Shown here one piece after another: positions 1-9,526 of a stretch of DNA of 64,000 bases (positions are counted from its first letter, which is position 1; each line of letters begins with the position of its first letter). Source of the stretch: Acidobacteriota bacterium (GTDB taxonomy: Bacteria > Acidobacteriota > Thermoanaerobaculia > Gp7-AA8); contig JACPDH010000050.1 of the NCBI GenBank assembly GCA_016184115.1, positions 1,701 to 65,700 of the forward strand. The letters are read 5' to 3'. The notes beneath the pieces were generated by a model that had not been told where the DNA came from, did no database searches, and worked only from the letters and a program-made list of their open reading frames with translations. A program made the position numbers and the translations under genes.

Positions 1-29
1 GCATCGCGGAGTCTCTCGCGCCGGAGGAG

Positions 30-1334
30 ATGCCTCGCGCGGCCGGAGGCAACGAGGTCGTGGAGCGCTTCCTCGCGAGCCGCGATCTTCACGGCGACGA
101 ACGGCGCATGGCGCGCTACTGGTTCGAGCTGCGCCTGGTCGATCCGAGCGCTGACCGGGCCCCGCTCGCCGCGCTCGCCGACCGGAGTCCAACGGTTCGC
201 CACGCCAATGAGCTGCTCGCACGCGCGGCGTTGCTCGACTCGAACCTCGGTGAGGCGGCGCGGCGCTATGAGCGCGAGGGATTCGCATTCCCGGGGCAAG
301 CGGAAGACGACCTTCGCCGCGCGCTCGAGATCTGGAAGAGACTCGATGCCTGGGACGAGATCCGCGCTCGCGTCAGCGATCCGCGGTATCGAGGAGTGAG
401 CGGGCCGAGGTTGCGCGTGGCCCTCGCTGAGCACGATCGCAATTGGGGACCGATTCTGCTTTGGATCTGGCCGGCGAGCTTCGAAGGAGTGACTGCGTGG
501 CCTGTCGGACTGGCGATTCTCTCCGGAGCTCTCTGGTTTTTGATCGTGGGAGGATTAGGCCGCATCGCCGAACCTGAGCGAGGACGTCGCGCGCTCTACG
601 CGTTCGCGTTTGTTCTTGGCGTCTTGAGCGTGTATCCAACCCTGCTGGTCATCACACTGGAGGAGTCGCTCCTCGGCCTTCGCGAAACGGGGGAGGTCAT
701 CCCCGATGCGATCTACTACATCTTCGGTGTCGGACTTCGGGAGGAAGCGTGCAAGCTGCTGCTGTTTCTCCCGTTGATGCCGCTGCTGAGGCGTCGCGGT
801 CAGCGCCTCGAGGCACTGACCTGCGGAGCGCTCGTAGGACTCGGCTTCGCCGCAGAGGAGAATGTCCTCTACTTCCAGAATTTCGATGCATCGGTAGCGC
901 TGACGCGCTTCCTGACCGCGAATCTCCTACACGTCTCACTCACTGCGATCGCGGGTCTTGCCGTCTACGATGCGGCACGGGCGTGGAACAGGTCGGCGGA
1001 GATTCTGAATTCGACATTGCCGATGGTCGTGCTGCTGCATGGAGGCTACGACTTTCTGCTGTCGAGCCCACAGTTCGGAGACCTCTCGTTCCTGGCCATG
1101 ACCCTCTTCGTGCTGATTGCTCAGCGATTCCTTCGCGAGCTCACTGGCCTTTCGACGTCGCAGCAGCAGGAGCGGGTTCTCAGGCTGTTCATCGTCGCGA
1201 TCACGCTCATTGCCGGAGCATCGTACGTCTACGCGACGACTCTCGTCGGCCCGCTGCTCGGTTTCGCGTACGTCGCGACCGGCCTGCTCGGCGTCCTCAT
1301 CTTCGCCTACATGTTCGTGAGGGAGCTCGCGTAG
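30..1334 (+). CDS. PrsW-family intramembrane protease-like membrane protein
   Basis: 434-aa ORF with a soluble N-terminal region followed by multiple hydrophobic helices. PrsW-type motifs are visible (REEACK = EExxK, FAAEENVLYF, HGGYDF). Confidence 0.65.
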   Translation: MPRAAGGNEVVERFLASRDLHGDERRMARYWFELRLVDPSADRAPLAALADRSPTVRHANELLARAALLDSNLGEAARRYEREGFAFPGQAEDDLRRALEIWKRLDAWDEIRARVSDPRYRGVSGPRLRVALAEHDRNWGPILLWIWPASFEGVTAWPVGLAILSGALWFLIVGGLGRIAEPERGRRALYAFAFVLGVLSVYPTLLVITLEESLLGLRETGEVIPDAIYYIFGVGLREEACKLLLFLPLMPLLRRRGQRLEALTCGALVGLGFAAEENVLYFQNFDASVALTRFLTANLLHVSLTAIAGLAVYDAARAWNRSAEILNSTLPMVVLLHGGYDFLLSSPQFGDLSFLAMTLFVLIAQRFLRELTGLSTSQQQERVLRLFIVAITLIAGASYVYATTLVGPLLGFAYVATGLLGVLIFAYMFVRELA

Positions 1335-2518
1335 GTCAGGCTCCGCTTCGCCCGCATCGCCGCCACGAGCCCTGGTACGCCTAACGCCATCGTCATCCAG
1401 AAGAAGGCGACGAATCCCAGGCTTTGAGCGAGGATGCCGCTCGAAGTGCCCGCGAGTGAGCGCGACAGCCCCATGAGTGCCGTGAGGAGCGCGAACTCCG
1501 TGGCAGCATCCTCTTTGTCGCACGACGTCATGAGGTACGAGAGAAAGGCGGCGGTTCCCATTCCGCCCGCGAGATTCTCGACGACGGAAGCCGTGTACAT
1601 GGCACCGCGCTCGGCGCCGGTTGCCGCCGCGATCGCGTAGGTTGCGTTCGACGCGAGCTGGAGCACGCCTACCTCCACGAGCGCACGGCCGAGGCCCCGC
1701 CGGATGACCCAGATGCCTCCCGCGATCGCGCCGACGATAGTGCAGCCGATGCCGATCACCGTGGTCGCGGTCCCGATCTCTGCAACGCCATAGCCGCTAT
1801 CGACCCAGAATGGTTTGATCATGTGCGCAAGCATCGAGTCGCCGAGCTTGTAGAGGAGGGAGACGGAGAGGATCGTTGCCATGTCGGGGCGGGCGAGCCA
1901 ACGGCGGAGCGAGGGGAGAGGCGAGAGCGTCGCGCGCGGCGCCCGCTCGTGACGTAGCCACGCCGTCGAGATGAGGCTCACAATCGCGAGGGCAGATCCT
2001 GCCATGAACGCCGCGTGCCAGCCCCAGTAACCCGCGATTGCGGAGAGCCCACCGCCGGCGACGATGATCGCTGCCCGATAGGTCGCGATGCGCACCGAGT
2101 TCACGAGTCCGACGTTTGCAGGGTTGCTCCTGGCAACCGCGATGGCGTCGATCGCGACGTCCTGCGTCGCAGACGCAAACGCGAGCAGAGTGGCCGCAGC
2201 CCAGAAGAAGGGTGAACCCGCCGCACCGGAGATTCCGATTGCCGCCATTGACCCGGCCACAGCCAGGAGCGAGCCGCGCACCCACATGGCGTAACTGCCG
2301 AGTCCATCCACAAGTGGCGCCCAGAGAAACTTCAGTGTCCAGGCGAGGCCGATCGTTCCGAGGAAGCCGATCTCCGCCAGCGGTACGCCGTGGGCGCGGA
2401 GGTAGAGGGGGAGTAGCTCCGAGACGACTCCGTAAGGCAGCCCTTCTGCGAAATAGAGGGTTCCGATCAGGAGCAGAAGCGGCACGTGCGTCCGGATCTC
2501 CCCTCTCGGATCGTTCAT
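1307..2518 (-). CDS. AmpG-like MFS transporter
   Basis: 12-TM-like hydrophobic ORF with the AmpG/MFS signature LAWTLKFLWAPLVD. Start chosen at MNDPRGE (ATG at 2518); the ORF extends to 2587. The 3' end overlaps the convergent PrsW-like gene by 28 nt. Confidence 0.7.
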   Translation of the reverse strand: MNDPRGEIRTHVPLLLLIGTLYFAEGLPYGVVSELLPLYLRAHGVPLAEIGFLGTIGLAWTLKFLWAPLVDGLGSYAMWVRGSLLAVAGSMAAIGISGAAGSPFFWAAATLLAFASATQDVAIDAIAVARSNPANVGLVNSVRIATYRAAIIVAGGGLSAIAGYWGWHAAFMAGSALAIVSLISTAWLRHERAPRATLSPLPSLRRWLARPDMATILSVSLLYKLGDSMLAHMIKPFWVDSGYGVAEIGTATTVIGIGCTIVGAIAGGIWVIRRGLGRALVEVGVLQLASNATYAIAAATGAERGAMYTASVVENLAGGMGTAAFLSYLMTSCDKEDAATEFALLTALMGLSRSLAGTSSGILAQSLGFVAFFWMTMALGVPGLVAAMRAKRSLTYASSLTNM

Positions 2519-2678
2519 CGGTAGGGCATCCTCGCAGAACCCGCCGACTCCCTGCAACTGATTGGTGCCCGTTCCGTGAATTCCCATTCCTACGGCGCGG
2601 CCCTCGGGGCGAAACAGTGGAAATCCCCGCCTTCCCTGCTAGAATGCGCCGCTGATTCGTCCCCTAGGAAGGGGTAAC

Positions 2679-3419
2679 GTGCCGGAGCGGATATTGAAGG
2701 TAACGGCCGTCGTCGCCGCCTACAACGAGCAGCAGACGATTGCGAACGTACTCGGTTCGCTTCAGCGGAGCCCTCTCATCGACGAGATCATCGTCGTGAG
2801 TGACGGCTCCACAGATGCCACCGTCGAGATCTCTCGAGCTCACGACGTTCGCACGATCGCCCTCCGCAGGAACCAGGGGAAGGGCTACGCGATGCGGCTC
2901 GGAGTCGAGCACGCGTCGAACGACGTGATCTTCTTCGTCGATGCCGACATGCTCGATCTCAGCGAGGAGCACATCTCGGCTCTGGTGGGTCCTGTCCTCG
3001 AGCGGCGATGCGAGATGAACGTCGGGATCCGCCATCGAGGTCCTGTACGCAACTTTCTCCACCTCAAGGCGCGCATGGGCCCGGTCTTGTCGGGAATCCG
3101 CGTGATGCGTCGCGAGGTCTGGGAGTCGGTTCCTGCGATGTACATGGAGCGCTTCAAGATCGAGCTCGCGCTGAATTACTTCTGTGCGATGGCCGGCTAC
3201 AGGCAGCGGAACACGGTCATCTACGAGCTCGGGCACGTCATCAAGGAATCGAAGCGGGGGCTTCTGCGAGGTCTAGCCGCGAGGGTCGAGATGACCCGCG
3301 AGGTCATCCTCCTGCACTTCGACCTGTATCTCTTCCAAACGTGGCGCTGGCCGGTCCAGGGCGACGTCCTTTCGACTGGCCACGAGTACGAGCTGTTCGA
3401 AGCCGAGCTGGTCGACTGA
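2679..3419 (+). CDS. family 2 glycosyltransferase
   Basis: Motifs VVAAYNEQ, VVSDGSTDAT, NQGKGYA and FFVDADM (DxD) are typical of GT2. GTG start. Confidence 0.8.
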   Translation: MPERILKVTAVVAAYNEQQTIANVLGSLQRSPLIDEIIVVSDGSTDATVEISRAHDVRTIALRRNQGKGYAMRLGVEHASNDVIFFVDADMLDLSEEHISALVGPVLERRCEMNVGIRHRGPVRNFLHLKARMGPVLSGIRVMRREVWESVPAMYMERFKIELALNYFCAMAGYRQRNTVIYELGHVIKESKRGLLRGLAARVEMTREVILLHFDLYLFQTWRWPVQGDVLSTGHEYELFEAELVD

Positions 3420-3493
3420 TCGCTCTAGCTGCCCGTTCCGGCGCTCCGCGGCGCTATCATCCGCGCTGTTTTTTGCACTGACGAGGTGAATCG

Positions 3494-4738
3494 ATGACCA
3501 CGAGCGACAGCGCCGCGGCCCTATCTCTCGACGAGGAGCTCGAGTTTCTCCGCAAGGGCTGCGTCGACCTGATCGAGCCGGCCGACCTCAAGGCAAAGCT
3601 GAAGCGCGCCCGGGAACAAGGGAAGCCGCTTCTCGTCAAGGTCGGGTTTGATCCGACAGCACCCGACATTCATCTCGGACATACGGTGGTCATCCGCAAA
3701 ATGCGGCATTTCCAGCAAATGGGCCATCGCGTCGTCTTTCTCATCGGCGACTTTACCGGCATGATCGGCGATCCTAGTGGCAAAAAGGCAACGCGACCGG
3801 CACTTACGCGTGACGAGGTGATGGCGAACGCCGAGACGTATCGGCGACAGATCTACAAACTGCTCGATCCGGTTACGACCGAGGTTCGGTTCAACTCGGA
3901 ATGGCTTGGAACGCTGGGAGCCGAAGGCATGGTGAGGCTCTGCGGCAAGTACACACTCGCGCGGATCATGGAGCGCGACGACTTCCGGAAGCGATGGGAA
4001 AGCCACCAGCCGATCTCCATGCACGAGCTGCTTTATCCGCTCGCACAGGGATACGACTCAGTCGCACTACAGTGTGACGTCGAGATGGGGGGCACCGACC
4101 AGCTGTTCAACCTCCTCGTCGGTCGCGATCTGATGCGCGAGTATGGCCAGGAGCCGCAGGTCGTCCTGACGATGCCGTTGCTCGAAGGACTCGACGGAAT
4201 CGAGAAGATGTCGAAATCGCTCGGCAACTACATCGGAATCGACGAGGCGCCCGATGCGATCTTCGGGAAGGTGATGTCGATCTCAGACGACCTCATGTGG
4301 AAGTACTACCTTCTCTCCACGGATCGCACGCCCGGCCAGATTGAGGAGCTTCGCGCCGAAGTCGCAAACGGGAAGCTCCATCCGATGGACGCGAAACGCT
4401 CGCTCGCGAAGTCGATCATTGCCGACTTCCACGATGCGGAGGCAGCTGAACGGGCGGAGGCGGAGTTTCGTCGCATCTTCAGCGAGCGCCAGGCGCCGAC
4501 CGATATCGAGACGGTGACACTCGAAGCCGGCGAGGGTGTGATGGCAGTCGCGAAGATCGTCGTCGCTGCCGGCCTCGCGCCGAGCAACAGCGAGGCGCGG
4601 CGTCTCCTCGAACAGGGTGGCGTGTATGTCGACGACGCGAAAGTTGCCGACGTCAAGTCGGCGCTCGCGTGCACGGCGGGCAAAAGCTATCTGTTCAAAG
4701 TCGGCAAGCGCCGCTTCGCGCGCATCTCCTTCGCGTAA
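3494..4738 (+). CDS. tyrS: tyrosyl-tRNA synthetase
   Basis: Class I aaRS motifs HLGH (DIHLGHTV) and KMSKS (KMSKSLGN), plus a C-terminal S4-like domain. Confidence 0.95.
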   Translation: MTTSDSAAALSLDEELEFLRKGCVDLIEPADLKAKLKRAREQGKPLLVKVGFDPTAPDIHLGHTVVIRKMRHFQQMGHRVVFLIGDFTGMIGDPSGKKATRPALTRDEVMANAETYRRQIYKLLDPVTTEVRFNSEWLGTLGAEGMVRLCGKYTLARIMERDDFRKRWESHQPISMHELLYPLAQGYDSVALQCDVEMGGTDQLFNLLVGRDLMREYGQEPQVVLTMPLLEGLDGIEKMSKSLGNYIGIDEAPDAIFGKVMSISDDLMWKYYLLSTDRTPGQIEELRAEVANGKLHPMDAKRSLAKSIIADFHDAEAAERAEAEFRRIFSERQAPTDIETVTLEAGEGVMAVAKIVVAAGLAPSNSEARRLLEQGGVYVDDAKVADVKSALACTAGKSYLFKVGKRRFARISFA

Positions 4739-4825
4739 GGGCGCTCCTTGCGGTCCAGCCGCCCCGTTACCACGGAGGCGCGGGAATGGCGTATGCTCCA
4801 TCAATCGAAACGATTGGAGGTACGC

Positions 4826-5443
4826 GTGAAGAGAGATCTCTGGATTCCTGCACTCGTCTGCCTGTTTCTTGCGGTCCCGGCCCTGGCTGGCGATATCGAG
4901 CTGACTCCGACTCTCGGTTACCGCTTCGGCGGTGACTTCGAACACCTCGCGCTGAACGGAACCCCTGCAGACTTGTCGCTCGACGATGGAGAGGAGTACG
5001 GGCTGATCGTCACGCTTCCGGTATCGAGCTGTGTCGACGTCGAATTCCGCTGGACACATCAGGGAACCGATCTCTCGCCGAGTCTCGAGAACGCCATGGG
5101 ACCGACCGAGGTGAGCTCCGACAGCTATCTGGGAGGAGTCGTCGTCTTTTTCCCGGTCGAGAACAAAGCCGTGAAGCCGTTTCTCAATGTGGAGTTGGGC
5201 ACAACCCAGTACGACGTGAACAACGGCTTTTCCGGCGACGCAGGCTTCACGTATGCAGTCGGCGGCGGTTCGAAGTTCTACTTCGGCGAACATTTCGGAG
5301 TCCGCGTCCAGGGGAGCTACCTGTCGGGCAACATCCCGGGCGGGAAGGATGTGTTCTGCAACGCTGATGTCTGCTATACCGGCACGTCCCGCAACTCGGT
5401 CGGGCAGTTCGAGCTCACGACCGGGTTCGTCTTCAAGTTCTGA
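4826..5443 (+). CDS. small outer-membrane beta-barrel protein (OmpW/porin-like)
   Basis: Signal peptide (WIPALVCLFLAVPALAG), alternating beta-strand pattern and C-terminal ...GFVFKF. GTG start chosen because GGAGG lies 5 nt upstream; the ORF opens at 4748. Confidence 0.6.
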   Translation: MKRDLWIPALVCLFLAVPALAGDIELTPTLGYRFGGDFEHLALNGTPADLSLDDGEEYGLIVTLPVSSCVDVEFRWTHQGTDLSPSLENAMGPTEVSSDSYLGGVVVFFPVENKAVKPFLNVELGTTQYDVNNGFSGDAGFTYAVGGGSKFYFGEHFGVRVQGSYLSGNIPGGKDVFCNADVCYTGTSRNSVGQFELTTGFVFKF

Positions 5444-5477
5444 CGCGACTTGCTCGAAATCGAGGTCCACCGACGTG

Positions 5478-5506
5478 AAAAAGCCCGGCGACGCGCCGGG
5501 CCTTTT
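5478..5506. terminator. bidirectional rho-independent terminator
   Basis: Stem GCCCGGCG/CGCCGGGC (5483-5501) flanked by AAAAA upstream and TTTT downstream, between convergent genes. A second 14-bp GC hairpin follows at 5516-5546. Confidence 0.65.
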
Positions 5507-5568
5507 CAGTTGGAGACACCCCGGAGCGCGATGCGCTCCGGGGTGTGATTGGAGCGGATCCTCCGGGG

Positions 5569-6651
5569 CTAGTAGTAGAGAACGGGGATCGTGAAGTCGA
5601 TCGAGTCGATTCCGTCGGAAACCCGGATGACGAGCTTGCCGGTCGTGCCATTGAGCGCCGCGCTCGGCCACCAGGTGATGAGGCCTGCCGAGTCGAGGAA
5701 GCGAACGCTTCCGTCGCTCTCGGCGATCGTGAAGGTCACGTTCGCCTTCTCGGGGTCCGCGGCGAGAATCCTGAAGTCGTTCGGGAAGCGCCCCGTGGCG
5801 ATCTTCAGCGTTTCGTCGAGCACGCCGTCTCCGTTCGCGTCGAGGTAGTCGAGCACGCCGTCACGGTTGGTGTCGATGCCGAGCACCGAAGGAAGCAGGT
5901 TCTCGCGCGTCTTGCCGGACGGAACGTAGGTCGGATCGCCGGTCTGGTTGTTCACGACGCTGCCGTAGATCCAGACCTGGCCGCTGCGAACGAGGGCGTG
6001 AATGACATCGTTGTCCTGCGCGTTGTCGCCGAAGAGTGCGGAGACGCCGCCGTTATACTGCGTGTGAGCTCCCGCCTTATGGCTCTTCAGTACGCTCTTC
6101 GCCATCGTGCCGTCACGACGGATCAGGCGCCACTCGATCGTCGCGTCCTGAGCGACGAACAGACCGAAGTTGAAGCGATTCGCAGCTGCGTTTGCGGGCC
6201 CGTTCAGGATGCCGGTGTCGCCGAGCAGCAACGACTGGGCGGACGTGAGCGCAGGAATGTCCTGGCCGAATTCGCCGGTCGGTGAGAGGTTGAAGGTGCG
6301 GCTCGTGATCGCGAGCTTGCCGCGGAACTCGTCGTCGGTGTCGATGACGATCGCGCCGGTCGACTGCGTCTGTGCGAAGTCGTTCTTCACCGTGTCGTGG
6401 AGCGACTTCGTCGAGCGCGCCGGCATCGGCAGGTCGATCGATTTCAACGCGCCTGTCCCGTCGTGATACGTGAGCTTGAGCAGCAGGACGTTCTGCCCCG
6501 CGTTGTGAATCGTCACCTCAGACTGCCACTGGCTATTGTTGGCACCTGGGCCGGTTCCTGCGGCCGGAATGAGAAAGTCGATGCTGTCGGCCGAGGCAAA
6601 GCCGGCCGTGAGGGCGATGGATGCGGCGATGAGGCTCTTCTTGAAGTTCAT
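5569..6651 (-). CDS. secreted hypothetical protein with EF-hand/thrombospondin-like Ca-binding loops
   Basis: N-terminal signal peptide MNFKKSLIAASIALTAGFASA and tandem DTNRDGVLD / DANGDGVLD loops. No recognisable catalytic motif. Confidence 0.6.
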   Translation of the reverse strand: MNFKKSLIAASIALTAGFASADSIDFLIPAAGTGPGANNSQWQSEVTIHNAGQNVLLLKLTYHDGTGALKSIDLPMPARSTKSLHDTVKNDFAQTQSTGAIVIDTDDEFRGKLAITSRTFNLSPTGEFGQDIPALTSAQSLLLGDTGILNGPANAAANRFNFGLFVAQDATIEWRLIRRDGTMAKSVLKSHKAGAHTQYNGGVSALFGDNAQDNDVIHALVRSGQVWIYGSVVNNQTGDPTYVPSGKTRENLLPSVLGIDTNRDGVLDYLDANGDGVLDETLKIATGRFPNDFRILAADPEKANVTFTIAESDGSVRFLDSAGLITWWPSAALNGTTGKLVIRVSDGIDSIDFTIPVLYY

Positions 6652-6946
6652 GGTTCTTCTCCTGGTCTGATCGTTGTTTGTGTCGCGGGGCTCGATCCGC
6701 CGTCCCGGCCGGTGGCCGGCGTCTCGTCATGCTTCGTTGCGTTGTTTCCCGCGCCATTCGCCCTTTGATACGAGTCGAAGAAATAGGGCGTCTATACGAT
6801 TTATGCTTTTCAGGCATATGAAATACTGCGAATAAATGGGCACACATATGCTTGCTGACAATGATGAGCAATTCCGAGGGCTTCGAGGCGGGAGGCGCGT
6901 ACTGCGCCGTTGTCAGCGATTGATACGACAGTGCGCGGACGAGCGT

Positions 6947-7000
6947 CTAGTGGCCTGTATTGGAGGAACCGGTACCAATTCCTCCAATACAGACCACTAG
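6947..7000. repeat. 54-nt near-perfect palindrome with CTAGTGGCCTGTA termini
   Basis: Arms 6947-6968 and 6979-7000 pair at 21 of 22 positions around a 10-nt loop containing GGTACC. The first 13 nt are identical to the element at 9523. Confidence 0.8.
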
Positions 7001-7079
7001 ACGTGTTAGGGGTCACCTCCACGAGCACTCGACCTGCGATAAGATCCGCGCAGCGTTCGAGTCACGAAAGGTGCCTGCC

Positions 7080-8207
7080 ATGGCTGTTCCTCTTCTCGAT
7101 CTGAAACTCCAGTACCAGCAGATCCGTGACGAAGTCATGACGGTCACGGAGGAGATCTACGAATCGCAGATGTTCATTCTCGGCAAGCGTGTCGAGGAGT
7201 TCGAAAAGGACTTCGCCACGTACTGCCAGACGAAGTACTCGGTTGGTGTCTCGTCGGGTACTGACGCGCTCCTGATCGCGCTGATGGTGCTCGATCTCGA
7301 GCCGGGCGACGAAGTGATCGTCCCGGCGTACTCCTTCTTCGCCACCGCGGGCGTCGTCGAACGGCTCGAGCTGATCCCTGTGTTCGTCGACATCGAGCCC
7401 GACTCCTTCAACATCGATCCGGCGCAGATCGAGTCGCACATGTCGTCGCGTACGAAAGTGATCATTCCGGTGCACCTCTTTGGCCAGGCCGCGGAGATGG
7501 ATCTGATCAACGAGATCGCGACGCGGCGCGGAGCCATGGTCATCGAGGATGCCGCGCAGGCCGTCGGCGCGGAATGGGACAACAGGCGAATCGGCAGCAT
7601 CGGGAAGCTCGGCGCGTTCTCGTTCTTCCCATCGAAGAACCTCGGCGCGTTCGGCGACGCCGGCGCGGTGACGACCGACGACGAGGCGCTGTTCCAGAAG
7701 CTCATCGACTACCGTGTCCATGGGATGCGGCCGAAGTACTTCCATCACTACGTCGGCGGAAACTTCCGGATTGACGCGCTGCAGGCGGCAATCCTTCACA
7801 TCAAGCTCAAGTATCTCGAGGAGTGGCACCTGGGGCGGCAGCGTAACGCCGACATCTACCGTGCGCTTTTCGCCGACACGAAGGTGGGCGATCGCGTGCG
7901 GCTTCCGCACGCGCTGCCTCGCCGGCGGCACATCTACAACCAGTTCTGCCTCCGCTTCCCCGAAGGGCGGGCCGTCCGAGACAAGGTGATGGATCACCTC
8001 AGGGCGAAGGGCATCGGCTGCGACATCTACTATCCGCTCACCCTCCCGCAACAGACCTGCTTCAAGGAGCTGCCGTCGGCGAAAGAGGCATTCCCGCATT
8101 CGGAAGCGGCGGCGGAGCAGTCGCTCGCCGTGCCGATCTTCCCTGAGCTCACGAAAGACCAGATTGCGGAAGTCGTGCGCGAGATCGCACACGGGCTCGG
8201 CGCCTGA
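7080..8207 (+). CDS. DegT/DnrJ/EryC1/StrS-family sugar aminotransferase
   Basis: Start at MAVPLLDLKLQY (typical N-terminus). Fold-type I PLP enzyme layout with an FFPSKNLG lysine motif. The track ORF start at 6960 runs through the palindrome and was rejected. Confidence 0.85.
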   Translation: MAVPLLDLKLQYQQIRDEVMTVTEEIYESQMFILGKRVEEFEKDFATYCQTKYSVGVSSGTDALLIALMVLDLEPGDEVIVPAYSFFATAGVVERLELIPVFVDIEPDSFNIDPAQIESHMSSRTKVIIPVHLFGQAAEMDLINEIATRRGAMVIEDAAQAVGAEWDNRRIGSIGKLGAFSFFPSKNLGAFGDAGAVTTDDEALFQKLIDYRVHGMRPKYFHHYVGGNFRIDALQAAILHIKLKYLEEWHLGRQRNADIYRALFADTKVGDRVRLPHALPRRRHIYNQFCLRFPEGRAVRDKVMDHLRAKGIGCDIYYPLTLPQQTCFKELPSAKEAFPHSEAAAEQSLAVPIFPELTKDQIAEVVREIAHGLGA

Positions 8208-8323
8208 GGCTCTTGAAGAGAGGGCACAATGGGTGCGCCTCCTCCGGCGGCGGTCGCGTGGGAACCGCCGCCCGGAGCTGCCTTGCTCTGCGATAACATT
8301 CCGCCGATTTCGTGGAGGCTCAC

Positions 8324-9337
8324 GTGGGCAAGCGGATTCTCGTTACCGGCGCGGCCGGCTTCATCGGGTATCACCTCTCGCGCCGGCTCGTCGAGCGCGG
8401 CGACGAAGTACTCGGCGTCGACAACGTCAATGACTACTATGACGTCGCGCTCAAGGAAGCGCGGCTCCGGCAGCTCGAAGCGTGCGACGGCTTCACGTTC
8501 CGGCGTCTCGATATTTCCGACACTGACGCGGTCGCCACGCTCTTCAACGACGTCAGGCCCCAGGTCGTCGTGAATCTCGCCGCACAGGCGGGCGTGCGTT
8601 ACTCGCTGCAGAACCCGTACGCGTACGTGCAATCGAATCTTCTGGGCTTTACGAACATCCTCGAAGGGTGCCGCCACCATCCTGTCGAGCATCTCGTCTA
8701 CGCCTCGTCGAGCTCGGTTTACGGCGCCAACACGACGATGCCGTTCTCGGTGCACCACAACGTTGATCACCCGGTGAGCCTCTACGCGGCGAGCAAGAAA
8801 TCGAACGAGTTGATGGCACATACCTACAGCCACCTCTTCGGTATCCCGACGACGGGGCTCCGCTTCTTCACCGTCTATGGTCCGTGGGGGCGGCCCGACA
8901 TGGCCCTCTTCCTGTTCACGAAGGCGATCCTCGAGGGACGGCCGATCGACGTATTCAACCTGGGAAGGATGCGGCGTGACTTCACCTACATCGACGACAT
9001 CGTCGAAGGGGTCGTCCGGACCGCCGACCGCCCCGCGAAGGCCGACCCGGCGTGGCGCGGCGACGCACCCGATCCGGGAGCGAGCGCGGCTCCATATCGC
9101 ATCTACAACATCGGGAACCATGAGCCGGTCGAGCTGATGGAGTTCATCGCGGTACTCGAGTCGAAGCTCGGCATGAGTGCGAAGCTCAACCTTCTGCCGA
9201 TCCAGCCGGGCGACGTGCCCTCAACATGGGCCGACGTCGACGATCTGATGCGCGACGCCGGCTTCAGCCCGTCGACTTCGATCGACGTGGGCATCGAGCG
9301 CTTCGTTGAATGGTACCGAGACTACTACCGCGTTTGA
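8324..9337 (+). CDS. NAD-dependent nucleotide-sugar epimerase (UDP-glucuronate 4-epimerase-like)
   Basis: Rossmann motif ILVTGAAGFIG and SDR catalytic YAASK. GTG start with GGAGG 5 nt upstream. Confidence 0.85.
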   Translation: MGKRILVTGAAGFIGYHLSRRLVERGDEVLGVDNVNDYYDVALKEARLRQLEACDGFTFRRLDISDTDAVATLFNDVRPQVVVNLAAQAGVRYSLQNPYAYVQSNLLGFTNILEGCRHHPVEHLVYASSSSVYGANTTMPFSVHHNVDHPVSLYAASKKSNELMAHTYSHLFGIPTTGLRFFTVYGPWGRPDMALFLFTKAILEGRPIDVFNLGRMRRDFTYIDDIVEGVVRTADRPAKADPAWRGDAPDPGASAAPYRIYNIGNHEPVELMEFIAVLESKLGMSAKLNLLPIQPGDVPSTWADVDDLMRDAGFSPSTSIDVGIERFVEWYRDYYRV

Positions 9338-9348
9338 CGACCATCACG

Positions 9349-9526
9349 CTAGTGTAGTGTTTCATTAATCCCTTGCCTTTCGTTGCGGCGGAATGGAGCC
9401 GATTTCGCGAAGCGCCGACGAGTCGATGTGGTACATCGGCGAGGAGGCGCGACAAAGAAAGCGGCTCCATTCCGCCGCAACCCGGAGGGCTGCGAAAGCC
9501 AAGGGATTAATGAAACACTACACTAG
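9349..9526. repeat. 178-nt highly structured palindromic element (CTAGTGTAGTG termini)
   Basis: Outer arms 9349-9382 and 9493-9526 pair at 33 of 34 positions. Inner arms 9383-9401 and 9462-9480 pair at 19 of 19. An apical mini-hairpin CGATGT-GGT-ACATCG is also present. Confidence 0.8.

Noticed and set aside
6960-7079. N-terminal extension of the DegT-family ORF
   Set aside because: It runs through the 54-nt palindrome. The canonical family N-terminus (MAVPLLDLK...) starts at 7080.
7062-9121. Minus-strand ORFs 7062-8192 and 8030-9121, opposite the aminotransferase and epimerase genes
   Set aside because: These are antisense shadows of genes with unambiguous family motifs on the + strand.
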